DNA from: Eukaryota sp. TZLM1-RC
Lineage: Eukaryota; Protista; Metamonada: BaSk clade
Assembly: GCA_040285825.1 (NCBI GenBank)
Contig: JAUPSS010000004.1
Coordinates: 5,671,784 to 5,735,783, forward strand
Direction of reading: 5' to 3'
Length of the DNA: 64,000 nt
Shown here in pieces: positions 23,364-34,616 of this stretch. The translations under genes and the position numbers were made by a program. The notes under the pieces are model-generated. The model was not told the DNA's origin, did not search any database, and worked only from the letters and a program-made list of their open reading frames with translations. Position 1 is the stretch's first letter. Every line of letters starts with the position of its first letter.

Positions 23364-26300
23364 GTTAAGTTTTTTTTTCTCCCTCCCTTAGTCAACCCTC
23401 TCATATTTCACTTTCTGTCACGGCGTCAAAGTCGTACTGTTTCTCTGTCAAAACGATGCCTTTGGCTGATAGTGACTCTGATACTGATTGGAACGCCCAA
23501 GCAAAGATTCTACCAGTCAGATCAAGCTCATCCACTCCACTTCCCCACTCTCCCCACAATACAAGCTATGCTCGAAATTCATCTCAAAAAAATTTTCTTT
23601 CAAAAACTGATCATTGTACCAGAAAAAACACAGAAAAACCACCATTACGTTCCTTGCGTTCTGTTGCGCGTTCTATTAACAACCCCGTTTCTCGAAATTT
23701 GTTTTCTCCAGCTGAAACTGCAAAAAGTCAAAAGTCTATTTCTACTTTTAACTCAAAAATTGATAAAATTGAAAGAACTGAAAATATGAAACCACTGCCA
23801 TTAAAAGGTTCTAAAAAGTGTTCGATTTGTGGTATCAGTGGTCATAATTCGAGAACGTGCCCTGAGAAGCAAAAAAAGAGAATTTGAATTAAAAATCTGC
23901 TCAACAAATTCTCAAATGTTCTGTTCCAGCTGTTGCCGTTGTGAAAGGTGCTGAAAATGATGTTTCTGACGATCAACAGTTAAATGCTTCTAGTGTTTCC
24001 TCTTCTTCCTCTTCTGAAAACAGTAATTTTTGTTGTCCATTTTGCAAAAAGATGTTGCAGATTCACGAAATGGTCGAAAACTTCTGTTTTGTACGCATTG
24101 TGAAGCCGTTGATACCGTAAGACCCCCGATCCGGATCCCAGTAGAAATAAGTCCCGCCAGCACAATCCCCTTCTCAATGGAAATGAGAAATTTTACTTCT
24201 GAATTGAAGAATAATAAGTGGAATATTTCATCCTTCTGGAAATATTTTGCTAGAAAAAACAAAAATTGTTTTAAGAAAAAATTTGGAAATAGAAAAATTG
24301 TAAAATCAAAAATTTGCCGAAAATTGTGCTTACGTGGTCGTTATGGTGCCGCAAAGCAGTCTTTGTTTTCCTCTTCTTTGGCTGATGTAAACTCTGATAC
24401 CCTTGAAAAACTCCAAAAGTTGCATCCTCAAGAAAATTTCAAGTGCAGCAAGCCTGAAGTGTGTCCTTTTTGGATTGAAAATCCTATTACTGCAATTGAG
24501 GTTCTTAAAGCTATTCAAAAATTACCTAAGGGGAAAGCAGCAGGCCCATCTGGAATTTCTTTTGATCTCTTAAAAATAGCGTGTTCCAGTGCTCCCGAAA
24601 TTGCTGATGATCTAGCCCACTATTTTCAACAATTAATTGTTTTGAAAATAAATCCTCCATTTGAATTGCTCGCAGCACGTCTGATTGCTTTAGTAAAGCC
24701 TGGAAACGGAATCAAACCTGATGGAATACGCCCAATTGCTGTTGGTGAATCGCTTTCTCGTTTGCTGGCATCAATTGTCTTCGATCGTGTCAAAGACAAA
24801 GCTTCTACTTTTTAAATCCTCATCAATTTGGAATCAAAACAATTGATGGTGCTTCTGTTGCTGCTATTGCCTCTGATACCTTTTTTAATGCAGAGGAAAA
24901 TAATTTTATTTTTAATCTCGACTTTAAAAATGCTTTTAATTCTGTAAAGCGAGAAGCAATTTTTGAAGTTATTAAATCTGATTTTCCTGAGCTATCGAGT
25001 TTTTTCTACCATTTTTATGGTAAAGAATCAGATTTAATTTTTAATTCATTTGCTCTTAAATCATCTTCTGGTGTGAAGCAAGGTGACCCTTTAGGTCCAT
25101 TATTGTTTTGTTTAGCTATTCACAAAACTTTAAATATCATTAAGCAAAAATACCCTTCTATAAAAATAGTTGCTTATATGGATGATATATCCTTGATTGG
25201 TTCATTTGATTTACTAGAATTGGTCGCTCAAGAAATTGCCGATTCATATGAAAATATTGGGCTTCATCTTAATGCCAGCAAATGCCTTCTGATTGGCTCT
25301 TCTGCTCAAGACCTCGTGATAAACGATTCTATTGTCCCTTTTACTAATTATAGTAGTGATGCTTTTAAGTTCCTTGGTTGTTGGTTAGGAAATGTGCCTC
25401 AAATTCAGAATGAATTGCAAGTTATTTTGGAAAAAATGAAAATTGAACTTGATTCAATTTCTTCTTTAGATATAGAAAAGCATATTAAATTTTTTATGCT
25501 TAAAATTTGCTACACTGGGAGAATAACCCACATTTTGAGATCTTGTGCTCCTTCCATAGCATTAGATTTTTGTCGTTCTTTTAATTCATTGAGAACAGAA
25601 TTTTTTTGCTGATTTATTGGATGTAGAACCAGGAATGTTGAAAAGCCATTTATTTTCTTCAGCAAATTTGGGGGTATTGGATTTACTAAATCTTCAATTT
25701 TGTGTCAATCAGCATTCTTGGGTGGTGGCAAAATTTTATTTATGAATTTTCTCGTAGATTTCCTGATGATTCCCATCTGTTAGTCCCCAATTGTAGTCCC
25801 TATTTGTATGAGTTATCTTGTGAACTTGAAAAATTACCGCCACAAATTTGGACCAAATGCTTTCCTCAATCAATTCAAGAAATTCCAAACCGATCTCTAT
25901 TTAATTTACAGTTTTGCTGTAAAAAGCTTCAACAAAAATTGTCAAAGATTTTTGAAAGCTTGGATTTTGATGTTAGACTTGGCTTGGCCAAGAAAAAGAA
26001 TCCCGCTTTTGCAAATCTTTTTACAAGATATGTGTGACAGTACTTCTTCTGCCTTAGTAACAACAATTCCACAAGTTTATGGTACTCTCTTATCCGATTC
26101 TGCTTGGACTCTGAATATGAGATTTCGTTCCTTTATCTGGCCTGATAATTTACCTCATAATTTAATTTGTAAATGTTCTCGAGAAATTACAACTACTCAT
26201 TTGTTAAATTGTAAACATTTTATTACTTTTAGAAGCAAGGTTCATGATGCTGTAAGAGACCAGTTATATTGTATGTGTAAATCTCATAGAATTGAATCCT

Positions 26301-26848
26301 TCTTGGAACCTCTGTTGTCAAATCTGTTTGATGCTGAAAATGATTTTCATAAGAATAATAGAGGTGATGTCATATTACCTGGATTAGATGGAAGCTTTAT
26401 TTTATTGGATGTAATGTCTGTTGATCCTTGTAATGCCTCAAATGAAAGGCTTGTTAATTCTGAAATTCATAATCCCCTTTCAAATGCTGAAAATTTTAAA
26501 TTCAAAAATACAATGAACCTTTGTCCAAATTGGCCAGTCTACAGCATGCAAAATACAATTTGTATCCATTTGTATTTTCCCTTTTGGTTCACTTGCACCA
26601 ACTGCTTTACGTTTTTTGGATGATTTTGAAATGATTGTAAAGAGAAGAACTGGCAGAAATTTCAACAGATTGTTTTGGCAAAATAGAATTGTGTTTTCTA
26701 TTTTTAAGGGGATGTTGAAGATGGTTTCTGATGCTTTGCTTTCTCTTGGATCTCACTATGAGAGAGTTGCATCTAGTGTTTTTGTTTTGGGAGAGATGGA
26801 TTTTTTAGATGTTGATTTATAGGTTTAGAATAAAATTAATTTTTTAAA
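23364..26848 (+). mobile_element. Full-length family A element inserted in E
   Basis: Oligo-T 5' end at 23370, AATAAA tail at 26829, TSD aagttatgaaa at 23353-23363 and 26849-26859. Confidence 0.93.
23456..26822 (+). CDS. Family A polyprotein (about 1120 aa: Zn knuckle, C4 finger, RT, CCHC, RLE), broken mainly by homopolymer frameshifts
   Basis: Consecutive ORFs 23456, 24030, 25073, 25702, 25808 and 26616. The breaks fall in A/T/G runs that are in frame in other copies. Confidence 0.8.
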
Positions 26849-27625
26849 AAGTTATGAAATACTTACAGTTTAAAATATGGGAAAGCGTAACAACACTCTT
26901 GCAGCGACAAATTAAATCATTTGGCAATGAACAAGGCCATAGAAAACATCTCAATCTCATTGCAGTGGTCCATTGGTGATCATTAAGTAGAAGGCCGTAA
27001 ATGTTGGGAATTTGGGAGATTAAGCAACTTGAGCAACTGTCTTCAAGATCAATCAAAAAGTTTGCAAAAACGGGATTTTTTTCCTTAGCCAAGCTAAGAC
27101 GTACAATATAATCCAAGTTTTCTAAAACTTTCAAAATTTTTTCTGCAATTTTGCAAAAGTCAATGGTAAGGAGAGCAAGCTTCTTGAAGGAAGTTCCACA
27201 ATATCAGAGGGGAAACATTTAGCCCAAATATTGGGTGAAAGAGTTTCAATTTCCTGTTGCAAAGAAATAAGATAGGAGCTGCCACAATTTTCAATGAGAT
27301 GAATTTTTTCAGGAAAACGATTCACAAATTCATAAATAAAATTCTTTCCACCTCCAATAAAGGCAGCTTTACAAAGGTAGCTTGACTTATGAAAATCAAC
27401 ACCACCAAAATTTGTACCACAAAAAAATGTGGCTTCGTAACTGAGATGCATCAATTTCCAATAATTTTGCTAAAAAATTAGTTCTTTGTTCATTAAAAAT
27501 GCGACAGAACTCCAAGGAAATTGATGGTGATGTTGATCTCAAAATATGAGTAAATTTTCCAGAATAACAGATTTTGAGGAAAAAGAATTTCAAATGTTTC
27601 TCAATATTTAAATTTTCTATTGATT

Positions 27626-28307
27626 TTTTTTTCGGCAAATTTTTATTTATTTATTGAATTTGCACACTTGATTAAATTAAATCATAACTAATGGGACGAC
27701 TATCATTAAACCAAGATTTCCTCTACAAAATCTTGATTTGCTTGCTGTCTAGCTAAAGCTTCTCTAATTCGATTGAAAAACCATGGTAATCTATTAATAA
27801 TGGCAAATTGAATCCGTGAACGCCATAAAAAAATATCAAATCTTTTCATTGTTTTTTCTTTCACCATTTTTTTGGAAGTCATCCAAAAAAAGTTTCTGCT
27901 TCAACTGATAATCTTCCATTTATCGAAAATGGAAAAGCAATAAAAACCAGCTGTGTATTTCTATCGATATTTGCATCTTCAATTTCTTTATCATATTTTC
28001 TATGTTTTTCTTTTGCTTTAAAATCCAGAGCAGCCACAGGATTAAGTTTTCTTCTGTGAACCAAAGTATCGTTTGCAACATTACATGAGACAAAGTCAAC
28101 AATAGCTTCAGAATTATCAATCCAATCACAGTATACATCACCTCTATCATCAGAACCAAAATTATTCAGAGAAAGTGTTTCTTTCAGCAGGGGCTCTTTG
28201 ATACACGATATCCTTGCAGTTTGTGCCATATTGAAAACAGTGTCTCTAACAGCATCATGTAATGAAGAACGATAAGTTATCAATTTAGAGCAATTTAGAG
28301 CATGGCA
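27626..28307 (-). mobile_element. 5'-truncated family C copy inserted in E
   Basis: TSD tttctattgatt at 27614-27625 and 28308-28319. Confidence 0.92.
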
Positions 28308-30159
28308 TTTCTATTGATTCTAATTCATTTCCAAATTGAGTCAACAGAGTCGAAAGTTGGCTTTTGACTTCATCAATATTTCCGAGATAACAACCCAAAA
28401 AACGAAAACCAGACTGATCATAATTGATAAAGGGGACATTGACATCATTAATGAAAAAATCAATTGGTTCATGGCCAATAATCAAACATTTGGAGATATT
28501 CAATGAGAGACCAATATCTTCATAACGCTGTTGAATAAGAGTTGCTATTTGTTTCAGAATTGTAATAGGAGCAATTACAGAAATGTCATCCATATATGCT
28601 ACAATATCTATTTCTGGGAATTTTTCTTTCAATTCGCACATTAATGGATGAATTGCCAGACAAAAGAAAAAAGGACCAAGTGGATCACCTTGTTTAACAC
28701 CTGAAGACGAAAGCAGGTCAAAATTTTCATAGACCAATGTGGATGATTTTCCATAAAATGAATAGAAAAAAGGCTCAACTTCAGGAAAATGCTTTTGCAG
28801 CAAAGGTAAAATGGAAGAACGAGATACAGAATTGAAAGCATTCTTAAAATCTAAATTGAAGATGTAATTAGAATCACTAGAATTAAAAAACACATCCGAC
28901 GAAAGAGCAGCAGAAGAAGCACCATCAATTGTCTTGATTCCAAATTGAAACGGACTGAAAAATTCCTTGGCTTTTTTTCCAATTCTATTGAAAACAAGAG
29001 ACGCAAGAATTCTTGAAAAAGATTCTCCAATTGCAATTGGACGGATTTTGGATTGACTTTTTTTAAGGGCAATTAAGCGAGCACTGGTCATCTCAAAAGG
29101 GACTATAATTTTTAACGTAAGAAGATTGTTGAAAAAAAGAACAAGATCGTCAGCAATTTCAGGACACTGTCCAACAGCTGATTTGATCATGTCAAAATTC
29201 AACAAAGATGGCCCAGGAGCTTTTCCAGTAGGCATTTGCTGAATCAGTTTCAATACCTCAGAAGCATTGACAGGATTTTGCAGCCAATAATCAACTGAAT
29301 CTGGTTTAGTACAATGAAAATTTTCTTCTGGATGAAGATTATTCAATTGGAACAATGTGCTTTCATTACATTCAGCTAAATCAGAAGAAAATAAACATTG
29401 TTTTGCAGATCCAAAACGTCCTTTTAAAGCTAATTTTCTCACTAATTTTTCTTTCGAAAAACATTTTTTTTAAAATTTGATTTTTTCGATAAAAGTTTTT
29501 ATCTTTTTTCAGAAAAATTTCCAAATAGGCGTAACATCCCATAATCCTTTACGGAGATTTTCAGTAAAGGCACGAAGAACAACAGCAAAAGGTATCGAAG
29601 CCAACGGACTAAGCTGAGCAGGAACACGAATGGGACAACGTAGCTGATCAGCAGCAACACAAGAATCACAAAAAAGTAAAGGTCGACCGGAATCATTGAC
29701 AGCAACAAGCTTTCGACAAAAAACACATTTTTTTTCATACTTTTGATCTTCTTTGATAGGAGTGTTATCGGGAATCTCACTTAAAAATTCATTTTTAGGA
29801 TTGTGTGATAACGAAAAATTTAAATCAGCAGTTGCAGCACGAGCATTCAGTTTTTCCTTTTGAATAAGCGGACAAGTTGCAATGTTATGTCCGGATTTTC
29901 GACATTTACTACATTTGCGGCGGGGTTTAGAAAAATTTTCATTTAAATTTTTTTCCAATGATTTTCTAGCATGGAGTGACAGGTGGGGAGAATGAGAACG
30001 ATTGGTGGTTGAGGAGGTTGGTTTGTCAAGATCACGTTCGGTACTTTTTGCAGTCCAGTCAGTATCACTGAGAGTGTCTGACATTAAGACTGGAGGAATT
30101 CAATCGAACCGACAATAGGACGTCAAGTTAAGAAAAAGGAGGACGTTGAAAGTGAATTT

Positions 30160-30732
30160 TCTCATAGAATTGAATCCTTCTTGGAACCTCTGTTGTCAAA
30201 TCTGTTTGATGCTGAAAATGATTTTCATAAGAATAATAGAGGTGATGTCATATTACCTGGATTAGATGGAAGCTTCATTTTATTGGATGTAATGTCTGTT
30301 GATCCTTGTAATGCCTCAAATGAAAGGCTTGTTAATTCTGAAATTCATAATCCCCTTTCAAATGCTGAAAATTTTAAATTCAAAAAATACAATGAACCTT
30401 TGTCCAAATTGGCCAGTCTACAGCATGCAAAATACAATTTGTATCCATTTGTATTTTCCCTTTTTGGTTCACTTGCACCAACTGCTTTACGTTTTTTGGA
30501 TGATTTTGAAATGATTGTAAAGAGAAGAACTGGCAGAAATTTCAACAGATTGTTTTGGCAAAATAGAATTGTGTTTTCTATTTTTAAGGGGATGTTGAGG
30601 ATGGTTTCTGATGCTTTGCTTTCTCTTGGATCTCACTATGAGAGAGTTGCATCTAGTGTTTTTGTTTTGGGAGAGATGGATTTTTTAGATGTTGATTTAT
30701 AGGTTTAGAATAAAAAGGTTTCGCAAAAAAAA
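30160..30732 (+). mobile_element. 5'-truncated family A copy with variant tail (aataaaaaggtttcgc-An)
   Basis: ORF 30181-30702 ends DVDL*. Confidence 0.88.
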
Positions 30733-31040
30733 ATTTTATTTATGAATTTTCTCGTAGATTTCCTGATGATTCTCATCTGTTAGTCCCCAATTGTAGTCCC
30801 TATTTGTATGAGTTATCTTTTGAACTTGAAAAATTACCGCCACAAATTTGGACCAAATGTTTTCCTCAATCAATTCAAGAAATTCCAAACCGATCTCTAT
30901 TTAATTTACAGTTTTGCTGTAAAAAGCTTCAACAAAAATTGTCAAAGATTTTTGAAAGCTTGGATTTTGATGTTAGACTTGGCTTGGCCAAGAACAAGAA
31001 TCCCGCTTTTGCAAATCTTTTACAAGATATGTGAAAAAGC

Positions 31041-32080
31041 TTTTTTTTTTGAAAAATTTTAATTTATTATTAAACTACAGTCTAAAAGTCAATATCTTCA
31101 AAACAAGCTTCCACACCATCAAACCTTACAGCAGCAATGTTTTCATAATGTGCACTGACAGACATTAAAGCTTTCGAAATCATTTTAGGAATTGATTTGA
31201 AAATAGTAAAAACAATACGATTTAGCCACAAGCGACGATCAAAACGCTTATTCATTCTTCTTTTCACAAGATTTTCAAAATCATCAATAAAATTCATAGC
31301 AGTTTTTCCAAGACGACCATACAACGATATAGCAAATGGGCGAATTTGGTAATCTACATGGCGAACATGTTTCAATTCTTTTAAAGGATTTGCATACTTT
31401 TTCCGTTTGTACAATTCGGAGTCATCAAGGGGGGATACTTCGGATTGAGCATTTTTCAAGGCATTTTTCTTGCAAACATCCACTGTTACGACATCAACAA
31501 CATTCATGACATCATCAAACGAGGGCACAACAACATCAGCACGTCGTTTTCCATATTCTGAATCTCTTACGCTTTCATTTATATCAAGAGACCTCAACAA
31601 AGGTTCTACAAAAGATTCAATATGATAGGAATTACACATTGCATGGATTTGATCTCTGACTGCATCATGCAACGTAGAACGATAGGAAATAAATCTATTA
31701 CAATTAAATAAATGTGATAATGTCAAACCAGCTCCACATTTGCAAAAACAAATCATTGGGCAAATTACAAGGCCATAAATAACAACGCATTCTCATAGCA
31801 GTGGTCCATTGGTCGTCATTCAAAAATAGACCATAAATCTGGGGAATTTGATTTATCAAAACTGCAGATGAACTGTCCTTCAAATCAATCAAAAAATTTG
31901 CAAAAACAGGATTTTCTTTCTTAGCCGTGCTAAGTCGAACAATAAAATCCTTGCTTTCAAATTTTTTCAAAAGATGTCGTTGGAGCTTTTTCAACGCAAA
32001 TTTTAGAGAATACAAACTTCTGTCTGGAATGTCTTGAATAGATATGGGGAAACATGATTGCCATAAGTCTGGAGATAAAC
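31041..32080 (-). mobile_element. 5'-truncated family B inserted at the A/B junction
   Basis: TSD tgtgaaaaagc at 31030-31040 and 32081-32091. Confidence 0.88.
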
Positions 32081-32780
32081 TGTGAAAAAGCCGAAAAGAC
32101 ACTTGACAGCCTTGAAAATTATTTAAATTCAATTAAAAAAGAGCTAGAAGTCATAAAGACTCTTGAATTGGAAAAACATCTTAAGTTTTTTCTTTTGAAA
32201 ATTTGTTATGCTGGAAAAATTACTCATTTACTGCGATCATTACCTCCATCCCTAACTTACAATTTTTGTAGACAATTTAACAAAATACGTACCCAATTTT
32301 TGGCTTATTTAATGTCTGTTGATCCATCAATTTTGAAAAATCATATTTTTTCATCAAAATATTTGACCAAAGCTGCATTTATTGGTGGTGGGTGGAAAAA
32401 ATTTTGTATTTGAATTCTCTAGAAGATATCCTTTTGCCGAAAATCTTCTTGAAAATACAAGTAGCCTAATCCTGGATAACTTAAGAGAAGAAATATCCAG
32501 TTTATCTCCCGACTTATGGCAATCATGTTTCCCCATATCCATTCAAGAAATTCCAGACAGAAGTTTATATTCATTAAAATTTGCGTTGAAAAAGCTCCAA
32601 CGACATCTTTTGAAAAATTTTGAAAACAAGGATTTTATTGTTCGACTTAGCACGGCTAAGAAAGAAAATCCTGCTTTTGCCAATTTTTTGATTGATTTGA
32701 AGGACAGTTCATCTGCAGTCTTGATAAATCAAATTCCCCAGATTTATGGTCTATTTTTGAATGAAGACCAATGGACCACT

Positions 32781-34616
32781 TTTTTTTTAAATTTAATTTT
32801 ATTCTAAACCTATAAATCAACATCTAAAAAATCCATCTCTCCCAAAACAAAAACACTAGATGCAACTCTCTCATAGTGAGATCCAAGAGAAAGCAAAGCA
32901 CCAGAAACCATCTTCAACATCCCCTTAAAAATAGAAAACACAATTCTATATTGCCAAAAAAATCAGTTGAAATTTCTGCCAGTTCTTCTCTTTACAATCA
33001 TTTCAAAATCATCCAAAAAACGTAAAGCAGTTGGTGCAAGTGAACCAAAAAGGAAAAATACAAATGGATACAAATTGTATTTTGCATGCTGTAGACTGGC
33101 CAATTTGAACAAAGGTTCATTGTATTTTTTGAATTTAAAATTTTCAGCATTTGAAAGGGGATTATGAATTTCAGAATTAACAAGCCTTTCATTTGAGGCA
33201 TTACATGGATCAACAGACATTACATCCAATAAAATGAAGCTTCCATCTAATCCAGGTAATATGACATCACCTTTATTATTCTTATGAAAATCATTTTCAG
33301 CATCAAACAGATTTGACAACAAAGGTTCCAAGAAGGATTCAATTCTATGAGATTTACACATACAATATAACTGGTCTCTTACAGCATCGTGAACCTTGCT
33401 TCTAAAAGTAATAAAATGTTTACAATTTAACAAATGAGTAGTTGTAATTTCTCGAGAAAATTTTGCAAATTAAATTATGAGGTAAATTATCAGGCCAGAT
33501 AAAGGAACGAAATCTCATATTCAGAGTCCAAGCAGAATCGGATAAGAGAGTACCATAAACTTGTGGAATTGTTGTTACTAAGGCAGAAGAAGTACTGTCA
33601 CACATATCTTGTAAAAGATTTGCAAAAGCGGGATTCTTTTTCTTGGCCAAGCCAAGTCTAACATCAAAATCCAAGCTTTCAAAAATCTTTGACAATTTTT
33701 GTTGAAGCTTTTTACAGCAAAACTGTAAATTAAATAGAGATCGGTTTGGAATTTCTTGAATTGATTGAGGAAAACATTTGGTCCAAATTTGTGGCGGTAA
33801 TTTTTCAAGTTCACAAGATAACTCATACAAATAGGGACTACAATTGGGGACTAACAGATGAGAATCATCAGGAAATCTACGAGAAAATTCATAAATAAAA
33901 TTTTTGCCACCACCCAAGAATGCTGATTGACACAAAATTGAAGATTTAGTAAAACCAAGTGCACATTATGAAAACATTGCTGCTGTAAGGTTTGATGGTG
34001 TGGAAGCTTGTTTTGAAGATATTGACTTTTAGACTGTGGTTTTGAAAATAAATTAAAATTAAAAAAAAGTAAAACCAATACCATCCAAATTTACTGAAGA
34101 AAATAAATGGCTTTTCAACATTTCTGGTTCTACATCCAATAAATCAGCAAAAAATTCAGTTCTCAATGAATTAAAAGAACGACAAAAATCTAATGCTATG
34201 GAAGGAGCACAAGATCTCAAAATGTGGGTTATTTTCCCAGTGTAGCAAATTTTAAGCATGAAAAATTTAATATGCTTTTCTATATCTAAAGAAGAAATTG
34301 AATCAAGTTCAATTTTCATTTTTTCCATAATAACTTGCAATTCATTTTGAATTTGAGGCACATTTCCTAACCAACATCCAAGGAACTTAAAAGCATCACT
34401 ACTATAATTAGTAAAAGGGACAATAGAATCGTTTATCACGAGGTCTTGAGCAGAAGAGCCAATCAGAAGGCATTTGCTGGCATTAAGATGAAGCCCAATA
34501 TTTTCATATGAATCGGCAATTTCTTGAGCAACCAATTCTAGTAAATCAAATGAACCAATCAAGGATATATCATCCATATAAGCAACTATTTTTATAGAAG
34601 GGTATTTTTGCTTAAT
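32781..34616 (-). mobile_element. 5'-truncated family A inserted in B; contains a mini-B (33959-34067, +)
   Basis: TSD gaccaatggaccact at 32766-32780 and 34617-34631. Mini-B TSD agtaaaaccaa at 33948-33958 and 34068-34078. Confidence 0.92.

Larger units (their letters stand above)
22694..30153 (-). mobile_element. Full-length family E element split by nested A and C insertions
   Basis: Segments 30153-28308 (ATG 30084, knuckle, C4 finger, RT), 27625-26849 (thumb, CCHC) and 23363-22694 (RLE, stop 22757, tail) are joined by TSDs tttctattgatt and aagttatgaaa. About 1045 codons when rebuilt. Confidence 0.88.
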
